A DNA stretch of 64,000 nt. Source: the human T2T-CHM13v2.0 reference genome, Homo sapiens. Under the pieces are notes generated by a model. The model was given only the letters and a program-made list of their open reading frames with translations. It did not search any database and was not told where the DNA came from. The stretch's first letter is position 1. Each line of letters opens with the position of its first letter. The position numbers were made by a program, and so were the translations under genes. Below are positions 1-13,699 of the stretch, piece by piece. The DNA is taken from the NCBI RefSeq assembly GCF_009914755.1, contig NC_060932.1; one strand, 5' to 3'.

Positions 1-1971
1 GCGAGTGAACAGAGTTTGGGGAGATAACAGTAGTTGCTCACAATAAAACTGCCTTAATCAATAAAGGTAATTCTCATTTTCAAAAAAATAAACACATTAT
101 GTTCTTAACTTGGTTTAGTAAATATAAGCACAAGTTTAAATATTAAATTCCACTTATATCTGTGTTAACAGACTTAAAACAAACTCTGATATCTAATTTC
201 CCAGCCATGCTATACTTCTGGTTTCTAAATTTCCTATCCTAAGCATACTGGAATTTGCCCAAACATGAGGAAGCTGTTTCCATTTTGCCCTGTGTTCCGA
301 GTATCTCCCTCTTAGTGCCATCTTCACACTGCCCTATTCCCTACACACCCTCTTTCCATTTAATGATTGAAAAACAGAATAAGCAGATGTTCAGTTAGTC
401 CACTGCTTGGAACATAGTTCACATATCGTGATATTTAATGAATGCTGCATCCTCCTAAAGAGAATATTTAACTTCAATAACTGCACAAATGGCATGCACA
501 TGTGTCTGTCCCTTCCTTCGAATCCATGAAAGGGAAAGTCATTCTGGTAAAATATCCAAACTGCCTGTAAAAACATCCTCAGACTTGCTGTGTAAATCTC
601 TGATGGGAAGGACAAGAGAACCCTGGAGGCTTTATTGCCATTGTTGCTTAAATCATACTGCTACCATTCCCCTGAAATGTCTGTATGACGGTACGTTATG
701 AATTCGGTGTTTATGTTCCCCAGGACATTTCTGCAATACTATTTTTGAATAGCAATAATTTTTGAGTTTTTACCAACTTGACTTCAAAATACCATCACGA
801 ATCATTCACGTCTTAGCCTTACTTACGTTTTTAGTATTTTCCATGAAAAGCTAGCTCATGTTGCCTTTAGCTAAATGATAATGATCACAAAAATTATTTT
901 GGTCAGAAAACTGATTCCCATGGGGTAAGGGCCTCCTGGTCCATCCAGACTCACACTGGTTAGGTTAGCCAATTCTGTATTAGGTTAACAATTAACTTGC
1001 CTACTCTGAAAATCAGTCACATTCCTCTGATCAGCCTCCACTGTTTGGATAAAATATATCAAAAAAAATCTAGAAATATTGGTTCCAAGACAATGCACCA
1101 AGATTGCTCCTTGTTCTTAATAAAGAAATCTTCTGAGCTCACGAGAGACAAGGTCTTCTAATCAGTATTCCCTCTTCTTTCTGCCAGGCTTATCTCATGT
1201 CAAAAGGAGATATTTTGAAAGGATCATTCAATATATAGACCCAAGGGCCTCTCTGGGGTAGGGAAGAAGGGTGGGGCTAGCAGACACAGAGCTGCCATGT
1301 CTGTTTTTAATCTGCAGCTGCTACTGCTGATGAGTTGAACTTAGGAAGGGAATCCTGCCTAAGGGTGGAGCTGCCCTGACTGACTCCCATCTGCCTGGCA
1401 CACAGCTCATGAATGCATTTTCCAGCACACCATCTGCATCTCTGAGCTCCCTAATATGTGAGAATTTCACTGTGATCTTCCAGCTCTACTGCACACATTA
1501 TTTTAGCTCACATATAGTATCCTGAGTCCTCTAACTCCTACACTGGATCCTGCTTCTCTGGAAACACCAGATTCCAAACTGGACCAACCAGGGCTACTAA
1601 AAACTCCCTGTATATTTGACCCTACTAATTTAGAATTTCCATCTATCAGAAAGCAAATGGTTTCAAGACTGACTCACCAAGTAAACTAGGTAGCAGTTAA
1701 AGTTGATCCTGAGTTGTAGATAAGTCTCTTGAGGCCTTTCCAAAAATAAAAATGTAGCAGAATGTTGAAAATGTAGCTTGTGCTCAAGAAATACATATTA
1801 AATGCACAACAACAATGATTTTAAATCCCCAACAGAATAAAAAGGTCTCTTTTAATGTTCACCTGGAAAAGTCTTTTAAAGTTAATGTAAGAGCCTGGGC
1901 ACACACCGCAAAAAACTCAGTGCTTTGTAGCTGGGGTAACAAATTCTCATAGGCCTCCAAATCTTTGGTGC

Positions 1972-2153
1972 TGTGTGTATATATATATACACACACACAT
2001 ATATATACACAGTGTATATATATGCATATATGCACACTATATATAGTGTATATAGACATACATACACACTACATATATACACTATATGTATATATACACA
2101 TATATAGTGTATATATATATGTGTGTATATATAGTGTATGTGTATATATTTAT
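1972..2153. repeat. Compound (TA)n/(CA)n/(TG)n microsatellite
   Basis: Alternating tatatatacacacac/gtgtatatat runs, directly visible. Confidence 0.95.
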
Positions 2154-2649
2154 GTTATTAGGGAGAAGCAGGAAGATACAATTTGCCAGAGTTTATTCTT
2201 TCTCCAAAATGGATGGGTAGAGAAGTAACTGAGCTACTTAGAACTAATCCAGTGTCATTTACTCTGGTTTCTTGAAGTCTGTATAATGTGTGATCCACAT
2301 ACAACAGAAGGAGGAAACCTCAGCATCATCGCAGAATTTCTGTTGGTTGGGAAAGAGAAATGGGAGACAGAGGAGCAGCCACTCTGAAGAGCTGAATGGA
2401 GGTTTAGAGCCATTTTGAAATTTTTGAATGGGGCTTACAGAATTTTGTTAAATCTAAGCTATGATTTTGGCATCGACCAACCAATAAATAACAGTGCCTC
2501 CCTTTGCCACCTTTCTGCATGGCCCAGCCTCTGCCTCCTGCTGACCCTGGCTTTTGCCTCATCCAGCCCTGCAGTTCCTCTGTTGCCTCCTAGTCTTGTG
2601 AGCCTTTAGTCTTTCCAACCATACTCAGTTTTCTTTGCTGATGATCAAC

Positions 2650-2785
2650 TGTGTAACTTACGGAAATTGCTCACCACTCTGAAGTTCAGCTTCCGTATCT
2701 CTAAAACGGGGATAATATAACATCTACATCAGAGGGAATGGGGATAATATAACATCTATATCAGAGGGATTATGAGAATCACTTT
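2650..2785 (+). mobile_element. MIR fragment with internal 32-bp tandem duplication (2708-2771)
   Basis: MIR core-like 'cagcttccgtatctctaaaacggggataata'; unit ggggataatataacatcta(c/t)atcagaggga occurs twice. Confidence 0.65.
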
Positions 2786-3047
2786 ATCCCATGGAGTAAA
2801 GAACCCCTGTAGTGCCTTACACAAGCACCTTTGAATCCTAAATCTCTTTGGTCTATGGTTGCTGCCAATCATAGGGAAAAACCCACCCTCTGTTTTCTCT
2901 GCTCCTGCTCACATTGTCTACACTTAGGAAGATCAACACCCCAGCTTCTCAAACTTCTCCACAGGCCTTCCTGTAATAGCAAAAGAGATTTGAACAGATG
3001 CCCTTAACCTCCCAGAGATGGTTGTGGTTATCATTCAGAACAGTTTA

Positions 3048-3745
3048 CTGGGTCATGATCAGTGGCTTATGCCTGCAAGCCCAACAATTTGAGAGGTTGA
3101 GGTGGGAGGATCACTTGAGTCTGGGAATCCAAGACCAGCCTGGGCAACCATATTAGTCTGTTCTCACACTGCTAATAAAGACATACCTGAGACTGGGTAA
3201 TTTATAAAGGAAAGAGGTTTAATAGACTCACAGTTCCACATGGCTGGGGAGGCCTCACAATCATGGTGGAAGGCAAATGAGGAGCAAAGTCACATCTTAC
3301 ATGGCAGCAGGCAAGAGAGCTTGTGCAGGGAACTCTCATTTATAAACCCATTAGATCTCATAAGACTTATTCACTACCATGAGAACAGAATAGGGGAAAC
3401 CACTCCCATGATTCAATTATCTCCTACCTGGCCCTGCCCTTGACACGTGGGGATCATTATAATTCAAGGTGAGATTTGGATAGGGGCACAGTCCAATCAC
3501 ATCAGCAACATAGTAAGACCTTGTCTCTACTAAAAATAAAGCAAAAAAACCTAGCTGGGTGTAGTGATGTGTGCGCCTGTAGGCCCAGCTACTGATTAAT
3601 CTGAAGTGGAAAGATTGCTAGAGCCCAGGAGTTAAAGGTCACAGTGAGCTATGATTGTACCGTTACACTCCAGCCTGTGTGACAGAGTGATTCCCTGTCC
3701 CCATCTCTAAAAAAGCAAAGAAAAACAGAAAAGAACAAAAAAAAG
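3048..3745 (+). mobile_element. AluJ-type SINE split by a THE1 LTR (pieces ~3048-3148 and 3505-3745)
   Basis: Left arm stops at ...cagcctgggcaac and resumes gcaacatagtaagacc after the LTR; J-type gaggatcacttgag/gagcccagga motifs; A-rich tail. Confidence 0.85.
3149..3504 (-). mobile_element. THE1 (MaLR) solo LTR
   Basis: tattagtctgttctcacactgctaataaagacatacctgagactggg matches the reverse THE1 LTR; 5-bp TSD gcaac (3144-3148, 3505-3509). Confidence 0.92.
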
Positions 3746-5799
3746 GCTTACTACAGTATTTGTTTGAAGTTTCTCATTTACCTTAAAAATTTAACAAACC
3801 TGATTTTCATCCTATCCTTCTATATTAAAATGATTTTTAAAATATTGATCTAAGCAATTGCAATTTCACTGCAAATGTTCCAAGTAAAATTGACACTAGA
3901 GGAAGATGTGTTATGTTCCATGGTCACATGTATCCTAGGCACAAGGTCCACAGACCCAAGGGTGTGGAAACCTGGATTTGGACACTATGGCCTAACGGAT
4001 TGTTTTATTACAGACTTGTGATATGCAGCCTCACCCTGGCTCTCATTCTGATCCACAACATTTTCATTCATTAAATATTGACTTTCTGCCATATTATTCA
4101 CAAATACTGTATTGAAATTTCCCCTCTTCAAATTCGAACCTCATTTGTATTTTCCTCACTGAAATAGATACCCTCTGAAATCCCTCAACTCTCATTTCAA
4201 AAGCTAGCAAATCAACACTTAATCCCACCTTTTCCCTTTCTCTTCTAATTCCATGACTGTACCCCTCCTCTGTCACAAATTTAACCTTCCTTGAGCCCTC
4301 CTGCCTCATCTGAACTTGTGTCTCTGTCCCCCTCTTTTCTTTGTATTTTTAGTTTCTTCTCAGAATTGAACCCTTCTTTCTAGCCAGTGCTCCCTGTAAC
4401 CTAGCTAAGCTTACCCAAATACTCGACCTGCTAGCCAAGCATCTTGTCTTTTACTTCTTAGTATTCCTAGATTTCCACTGAGACTTGAAGTGTGTACACA
4501 ATGAATTATGAAAAGGACTCACCACCCACGGAGAGCAGGCAACTTCAAGTTTAGCTCTACAGTCAGTAACTGCTTTTCAACTTGCAACCATAAAAACAAC
4601 ACCCAAATGTATACGAACTGTAAAGCTTTAACTGATAGCAGGTTCAAATATGGACAAAATTCCATTTGTCCCAAATGTCTTTATTAGGAAGTTTGAGGCA
4701 ACAGCAAATCTTCACATAAACATTATTGAAGAAAAAATTTTCAATCATTAATTTCTGCATTCCAACAAATAACTCCTAGTCAAATTGGAAAACTGATGTT
4801 CTTAAACTAGGATCACTTGCCACAAAGAACAAAGTGGCATCTTGCAACAAGTCATTTTAAATAAGGCTGGAAGACATCTTTGTGTTTCCTTTTTCAGAGT
4901 GTATTCATCAGTAAGGTACTAGCCTAAGATAAACCAGCACCATGGAGCCCTGAGATCACCATGGCTAAGTGGAAGGTGGTTTTGAGGTACTTTTGGCTAA
5001 GTACCAGGTAGGACTCAGAAATCTGAGCAGCAGCAGAACTGGGTCAAAGCCTAAGAACCTCTCTAAAATATCCACTTGCTGATCTGCTATCATTAACTAC
5101 ACTCTCCTGAGAATGAAATCTGAAAAGGAAAGTAGCTGAATCCAAAGGTCTTTTGTGAAGTCTAATTGGAATAGAGGTTTTGAATATAAATTCCTAAAAG
5201 ACACAGGAAGGTATGATGGGGGATAGCGGGGGAGCAGGGATAACATTCCAACTGGTTTACATAATAAAAACCAAAGAGACTGGTAATTAGTATGCACATT
5301 TATTTGACATTCTTTGATAACCTTTCCTCTGCTTCACTTTTGCGAAGGGCTATTCAGCATTTTCCCAGACTTACAATTTGGCCCAGATGCTAGAAATAAG
5401 CAGCTAATAGAGACCTGGTGTACAGAAGAGAGTAATAGGAAATGCACACAAGTAGATAAATTTGTGGTCTGCAGCCTGAGCCTCAGCACTAAGAGGTCAG
5501 TGGGTTATTCTCAAGGACACTCAAGAACTCCCCCTGCCGTTTCTTGCAAACGTAGGACACCCACTGCATTATGTCAACTGAGGAAAGAATATTAAAAGAC
5601 AAAGTTTGTGACCCATGTTAACTCACACATTTCCTCAAAAGAAGAGTTGTGTATTATTTTAAGATCCATTACTGGGCTGCCAGTGACAATTACTCAGCCA
5701 CTTATTAGTAAAACTGAGTGAAATGCTGTGATGAAAAAGAAAAAAATGATAACATTTCAGATATCTTAGCCTCATTCTATTTAAAGTTCAAAATATGAG

Positions 5800-6903
5800 T
5801 GCATTGGTTTCCTATGGCTGTTCTGACTGAGGCAGGAATAATACAGGGTGGTCACAGGAGAAAAGAAAATTCCAGGCAGCAGTTTCACATGACTAAGCAA
5901 AAGGAAACTGCTGAAATAGCTGCATAAGCGAGGGGCTGATAAGACCCCGAAGAACAAGGGCGTGGTCCAAGCTGGCTAGACCGACTGGACCCAACATGGT
6001 GCTGGATTTGACCTAGGTTTCACCTAGAACTTCATTACATGCTCATTACCATGCTAAATCACACACCTTTCCAGGGCCATGACAGTTCTGGAAACACCCA
6101 TATTTGGTGTAAAAAATGGGTGGTACTACAGTTCCGAGAAATCTTAAAGTTTTTCCAGGAATCTTCATGAATATTCTACCCATTGGTTAAAGAAACCCAT
6201 AAAAGCAGAAACCCCAAACCCTCTGGCACAACTCAACTCTCATGAGTACACCAGCACTCCCCTTTCTTGAGTGTGTACTCTTTGCTTTGCAATAGATCTC
6301 TATACTTTCACTATTTTCTGACTTATCCTTGAATTCCTTCTTGTAATGATGTCAAAAGCCTGGACACCAGCCGGGGTCAAGGTCCCACTGGTGTTTTGGG
6401 GGCCTCCCGCAGCCCACCGGCATCATTACAAATTAACACAAATGTGGTGCTTAAAACAATACGCATTTATGCTCTTACGATTCTGAATGTTAGAAGTCTG
6501 AAATTAGTTTCACTGGGTTAAAGTCAAAGTGTTGACAGGCTACCCTCCCTCTGGAGGCTCTTGGGAGAATCCCTTTCCTTGCCTTTTCCAGTTTTCAAAG
6601 CTGCATTCCTTACATTTCTCGGCTCATGGCCTGTTCTTTCATCTTCAGATACAGTAGCATAGCCTCTTGAAATGACTCTCGGCTTCCAACACATTGCCTT
6701 CTCTGTAGTCAGAGCTCCCTCTGCCTTCTCTTGTAAGGACACTTGGAATTACATTTAGTATCCACCCAGATATTTCAGGATAATCTTTCTCATCCTCGAA
6801 TCCTTAATCACATCTGCAAAGTCCCTTTTGCCATATAAGGTAACATTCACAGGTTTTCAGAATGAGAACATGAACATAAATGGCCATTATTCAGGCTACC
6901 ACA
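5800..6903 (-). mobile_element. MLT1D-like MaLR LTR interrupted by an ERV1 LTR
   Basis: Termini tgcattggtttcc... and ...ggccattattcaggctaccaca; 5-bp TSD atgag (5795-5799, 6904-6908). Confidence 0.85.
5828..6425 (+). mobile_element. ERV1 solo LTR, MER41-family-like
   Basis: TG...CA termini (tgaggcaggaataatacagggtgg ... ccggcatca); imperfect 4-bp TSD tgac/ttac; resembles the MER41D/E consensus as I recall it. Confidence 0.75.
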
Positions 6904-7494
6904 ATGAGTGTCCATATGGTTGTTTGATTTAAATCCTATAATGTGAGCCAAAAGAAAGAAGGCGCAGTGTGGTGGTTAGATCCTTATCCCCAGTGATGCT
7001 AAGACCCATCTTGTCATTGTCCATTGTGCAAGCCTAGAACTACTGAAGTTCCTACACAAAACAAGTTCAGACCCAAATCTCTGTGACTCCAGATCTGCAG
7101 CTTTTAAAGGGGCAAGCCAGCTAGGTCACGCTGACAAAAACAAAGACAATCATCCTGGGCTGGTGATTAGAAATCAGGAGGCATATTTGCAGCACATTCC
7201 AAGTGGACATAATTATCTGCCCTCTCATGAAAGCCCTTGAACCCAGAGCTAAGCTGCAGTCAATAGCACTATGAGGGAAAAAATAATATTAATGAAATGG
7301 TAAGGATAGCTGGAAGGGGTGGGAGAACATTTTGCAGAAAACCTGTAAATACTCTCCTAAAAGAAGTAGGTCAGATGGTATTGAATCTTGAGATGTCTGA
7401 ACTGGGCAGTGACAGTGATTAAGTTGGTATTATAAATGACAATGATTATTCCCTGAACAGGCTGAATAGGAACATTTTAAATACTAACACACCT

Positions 7495-7665
7495 AAGCCT
7501 GAATTCCAGCTCTGCCACTCACCAGCTGGGTTACCTCAGGCAAGTTATTTTCTGAGCCTTAGATTTCTTACCTTATAGCAAGATAAAATAAAATTATTTC
7601 TTAGGATTATGGTAAGGTAACAGGAGATCATATATTATCTGAGTGCCTGGAACACACGGTTGTTC
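7495..7665 (+). mobile_element. MIR
   Basis: gaattccagctctgccactcaccagctgggttacctcaggcaagttat MIR core. Confidence 0.75.
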
Positions 7666-8942
7666 ATGTAGCTGTAAGTACAAGGGCAGTGGTAGCTGAG
7701 GGAGGAGTATGATGTGGAGCTAATGAAACAGCTTAAGGGCATCCAGCTATAGGCAGTGATTATAAACCTCTGCCTCCATTGCCACACTGCCAGGCGTATT
7801 GGTTGTCATGTCCTGGTTTACTGCTGTGTATGGCACAATGGTCACCTAAAGAGTTACTAAGGTTCAAGTGTAGCAAGGTTCCATGCTATCTTCCCTGCAC
7901 ACGTGAGTCTGTGGCATCACTGCCAATGCTCTATATTTCTGGACTTCTTGTGTCTCTGGCTTAATGAGCTTTCGTGTAGGGGTGCAAGCTGCAGTTTGTA
8001 GCAACAGATTAAAGACTTCATTAATACTCAATATTGACTCACTGACTTGCCTCATATTGACATCAAGATGCCTGTTTTGCAGGCTGCTGCCACAATCATC
8101 ATTGAGATTTCCTGTCAAGGCATTTGCCACCATTAGCCCTCTTCTTCTGACTGCTTGTTGTTTGTACTTCCTAGAGGCCATGGTCATGCATCAGCCCTAC
8201 TCACTTAAAGATCACACAAAAAGGTGAGCCTTTTATAGACATTATGAACTAATCACATAAAGTAATACCATTGGTAAGCTGACCAAACACCATATGGGGA
8301 ATATCTTTGGGTCTTTGCTGCTTTTTACTGATGGGTGCACAAGAGTTTTCCTGGATCCAAAAGGCATGATTCCCTCCCCCACTCCCTTTTTCCCTCATCA
8401 ACAGCTGTTCAGGACTCAAGGTCCAAACACCGTTCTCTAGCTATTAATTCTAATTTCTCTGGGAAAATGGCAGATAATGACTAACTTCTAGGGAAGATGT
8501 ACTATCATTTATTTCTGTAAACATTGCAATTACTTTTTCTTTCATTTCCGAAAGGTTTTAAAACTGCTTATGAATTAAGTCAAAATGAGACAAGAATATG
8601 AGAGAACATTTAAAGGAAGAAACAGAGTAGGTGTTCAGGCACGAGTTTGACGGATTATAGCTTTGGAGCAATACACTTGGCTCTAAGCATTCTGGATGCC
8701 TAGAGTAAAAAGGGAAACACATTGAGATTTTAAAAAGGAAAGCATACATATTAGCATACGAAACTATTCTCACAACTAAACTCAAGTAGAAATTTATTAT
8801 AATGGTCTTATAGCATGTCAGTATATTAATAGCTTTGCAAAACAAAGTCTTATTTAAAAATAACATTTTCATTTCAACATTCTGAAGGCATATAGAAATA
8901 TATTTAATTCTAAATCAATGAAAGTCTTTTTTTGAAGGAACA

Positions 8943-9395
8943 TATATCAGTCTGCCAAAACAGCCATAACAAACTAGATTGCTTAAGCAATAGAAATTTA
9001 TTGTTAGAAATCCAAGATCAAGGTGTCAGCCGGATTGTTTTTTTCTGAAGGTTGTAAGAGAGAATCTGCTCCATGTCACCCTCTGAGCTTCTGGTGTTTT
9101 GCTGGCAATCTGGGGTTCCTTGGCTTGTAGATGCATCACTTTGACCTCTGCCTTCATGCTCACATGGCATTCTCCCTGTATGTATGTCCCTGTGTCCAAA
9201 TGTCCCCTTTTAATGACACTAGTCATATTCGTTTAGGAGCCCACCTTACTCCAGTGTAACATCATGTTTACTTAACTAATTACATCTGTAATGACCCTAT
9301 TTCCAAATAAGATCACATTCTGAGGTACTGGGAGTTAGGACTTCAACATATGAATTTGGGCGAGGCAGGGGTGGGGCACAGTTCAACCCCTAACA
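8943..9395 (-). mobile_element. MLT1B/C-like MaLR LTR
   Basis: tccaagatcaaggtgtcagc ... ctatttccaaataagatcacattctgaggtactgggagttaggacttcaacatatgaattt ... ttcaacccctaaca. Confidence 0.85.
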
Positions 9396-10937
9396 GATTC
9401 AGATGAGGTACGATAAATATTTTAGTTGCAAATGAGCTGTCCCAACACAGACACAGACCTGCAGCACTTAAATAGACTACAGCACTGCACAATGTCTTAA
9501 GCAAACTTTGGACAAGTCCTAGGTCATGGTTAATTCCTACCTATGTGTATGTAGAAAGTCTTTGTCGCTGACAGCTTAGGAATGAGATTCTAACTACAAG
9601 GGACACTCTGAATTATTTTTCCAGGAATGATGATTAAGTGGATACATCCATACCCACTCCATTAAAATTTCACCTCAATACTCCAAGATTGTTCCAAGCT
9701 TCTCTAACTTTCTGGATCTTACCAGATGTCCTAAAAACATGCCTCTAGAATAAATGAAAGAATAGGACTACGTCTATGTGCAGCAACTATCACTAGCAGG
9801 GAAAGTAGCTTCATTTCATGATCTACTGACATAAGCTTCATATAAAAGATAGGCTTATTATTATAGCGAAAGAAAGATACAGTCCCTCGATTCTAGCATT
9901 TGAAGGAGGCCACATATTTCCTCTCCAAATGTGAGAATTAAAAAACAAAAACAATAACACCCCCCCAATGTCTGACTTCTGAGACATTTCTAAAACTAGA
10001 ATACAGGTACCCGGTAATAAATAACAACCAGGTAATAAGCAAATAACCAGGTAATGGGTGGACAGATAAAACAGAAAAAAAAAATCCTCATGAAGAAGAA
10101 GTACTCAATGTCCTGTGAAACACTATATTATAGTGATTAAAGCCAAGGTTGATACCAGGTTTTAACATTATTATTTTCACACTGCTGCCACTGTCATAGT
10201 CGTAACAAGCATCACATCAACATAACATTCTATTTTTCTTGTTAAAAAGATCTATCTTTTAAAGAATCTGTTCGGAGGCAGCTACATATTCTCTGCTATT
10301 CGATTTTTAGCATAGTTCCAGGTACATATTAAATGCCAATATTTTCCAGGAATAATTATTGTTAAGTTTACTTTTTCTGAAGAAAAGAAAAACCTGCAAT
10401 TCAATGCTAATTGATAAAGTGGCTGTGTTCCACATGTTATTGGTTGAGAAATATAGGGAGTAGATATTCATATCCAAATTATCAGTTAAAACCTTTTTTG
10501 GAATATTTCTAACATCAGTCAAACTCAAAGCATCTGAAGCATTCTTGTTAACACTAAAAACCAGGCAAAAACTGATGCTAAGAAACCAAACCTTGAGAGA
10601 ATTCTTTACTGGTAACAAAGGAATATGCGAATATGCTGTTCTGACTCATTATGGTAATATATTACTCTTCAACCAAATGAACAGTAAGCAACTCATAGAA
10701 ATACTAAATGAGAAAATTACACAGATGCTAGAATGATATATAGAAAAAAAGTAAATGTTTTATGTATTTATACATAGGGTAGTTTGTTATAATAAGGCAA
10801 CACTTTCCCTGAGGTGCTAGAGACATAATACCCTGACAATGTATCTCTAAAAGGATTTTAGATATAAGCATGAAACAAAGAAAGGTTTGGTTAGAAAACT
10901 TTATGCATCACAGTTTTTATTTAAAATAAAGAATTTT

Positions 10938-11215
10938 AGTGGCTCACACCCTGTAATCACAGCACTTTGGGAGGCCAAAGCAGGCAGATTGCTTAAGCCC
11001 AGGAGTCCAAGACCAGCCTGGGCAACATGGTGAAACCCTGTCTCTATAAAAAATTAGCACCAGACATGGTGGTGTGTGCCTATAGTCCCAGCTACTATGG
11101 AAGGCTGAGGTGGGAGATCACCTGAGCCTGGGAAGTTGAGGCTGTAGTGAGCCATGATCATGCCACTGCACTCCAGCCTGGGCAACAGAGACCATGTCTC
11201 AAAAATAATAATTAA
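10938..11215 (+). mobile_element. AluJ
   Basis: Dimeric Alu with J-type positions; TSD taaaataaag(a/g)atttta. Confidence 0.9.
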
Positions 11216-12250
11216 TAAAATAAAGGATTTTAATGTGATATTTATTCCCTTCTCTTATTATAGTCACTTGTCTGGAAAGAGGCTTTGTACCCAGCCTTAA
11301 TTTGGGTTGACAGTTTGCAATGTTAAACCTTGACGTGTGGTCTGAAAATAGTGACTAACACAGTATACAGAATACTGACTTTCCCTTATTTGAGTGGAAT
11401 CTTCTGAGTTTCACAAAAAGGGTAATTTATTTACTTCATTCTGATTACTAATTTTGAAGTCATATATTCTTTTATTCAAAGTCCACATTATTAAAGTTGA
11501 CAGGACCCAGAACAAAAGAGAGTCCTAAAGTTTTTCCTTAATGAGATATTCTTTTATCATCGAAAATTCCTCAACTTGAAGAAACTTTTAAGTTTTTCAT
11601 GTCTCTGATCCAATACTTTGTTGTACACAGATGGCTTTAAATCAATTGGTTAGTCCTATGGGTCTGGTGAAGAACTGAAGAAAAAGTGATAGGTCATCTA
11701 TAGAGTAGGATAAGAACAGACAAGAAGAGAGAAAATGAGATATTTAGAAATAAGGATGATGACAAGATCTCAAAAAATGTTTTAAGTGTTCAGGATATAA
11801 TTAACTAAAAACATAAATGTATATGGGTCAAGACTGTGCTCTTCTACTCAAAAGATTTGAACTTTAAAAATTTTGAAAGAAAATGAATTCCTTTGGCCCA
11901 ATTTATTTCAAAGTATGTTCCCCAGTCAGCAATAGGATATCCATTGGAACTCCTTGGAAAAAAAGTACAGACCACTTTAGATAAACATAATCCACTAATA
12001 TTCCATCCTCTTTCATCCTACACCCTCTCACTGGGAAGATGTATTTGAGATGGGGAAAATAATATTCAAAAAGTTTTGGAGCCTCACAAAAAAGACTGTT
12101 ATGCAAAGAAAGTTCAGAAGTGTTTTTAAAAATATTGTGGACTCTAAAATTCACCAAAAATTATTGAATCCTTATCAGCATCAAGTAGTTATACCGCAAT
12201 GGCAAGATTGAAAGCTCATTGAACTTAGGTTGTTAAAACTGTGAGAATTT

Positions 12251-12571
<321 letters not shown>

Positions 12572-13699
12572 TTAGAATTATATTGCAATTAATTAAAATA
12601 TAAGAAACAATTGCTCAGCATAAAGTCAATGAGTAGCAAAAATAAATGATATACATTGGAAGGACTTAATGAAATCTTTCACTGGCCATGGCAGAAAAGC
12701 AATCATCAGACTTGCTTGGTGAAACACTCTGGTTGACCCATGTAATGTTAACATCCGATACAGCCGCACACCTATGCAATCAAGCAAAGGCAAGGCAGAA
12801 TATTTCATATCTCAATTTAAAATAAGCTGAATCTCAGGGGAGGCAGCAGTGTGGATTCCAATGTACACTGGTGGAAGCATCAGGGTATCTGCATTTAGAC
12901 CCTTGACCATTTGAGAGTCAGTTATACAAATTTGGACAGTTCATTTAACCTGGGCAAAGAAAGAACAAAACTAGAACCTCCTTTTTCAACTCCAGAGATT
13001 TCTATGAGGATTAAATGACCTCAAATAAAGAGTAACATAAACTACACAGCTCTGTAAAATTTTAGTGGTTAATACTGCTAAAATAAATATTTGTTAGAAT
13101 TCACTTTCGAAAGAGCTTTGGTATTTTTCACCTTCCCATGTAATCCCATGGTTGTGTATAAAACATGGGTTTAATTGGTTCAAGTTGCTGGTCAATTAAC
13201 TTTTTTAAATTCTACCTTAATAAAATGCTGAATCACAGTGCAAACATTTCAAATCAGTGCTGCTTAATACAATCATTCTTAACAGAGAGTACATATTTCC
13301 ATTTTCTTCAGCGCTTTAAATTGAGCGCTGCTGTCCCTTTGAGAATGCAATGCCAACATTCTAATTTATTTTCAATTAGTGGTTAATTTGCTTTAAAAGG
13401 TATGTTATCAACACTTCCTAGTCCTGAGAGTTTCCTGGATAGGACAAGAGTATTGGGAACCCAACTCATTTTCCTTTTGTGAACCATTAATAGGTCACAC
13501 AAAATCACAGCCTACTGAGTAAACTTTCAGAGACACACAAGGTTGCGAAAACCTCAGCATCCTTTCTTAGCTCACTCCCCGATCATTTTCTCCTCAATCG
13601 TCTACAGGACAGGTAACAAAGGTCATCTGCTTAGAAACAGTATGTTAGATAAGATAGTCCCCCAAAAGGTAGTATAAATAATAACTTTCCTATATGACA

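Noticed and set aside
1859-2228. Y/I/H/C-rich ORFs
   Set aside because: Translations of the TA/CA microsatellite.
7779-8227. Overlapping 61-107 aa ORFs in non-repeat DNA, with a plus-strand donor AAG|GTGAGC near 8223
   Set aside because: No recognisable protein similarity or exon chain; may be an enhancer or lncRNA exon, but I cannot support that from sequence.
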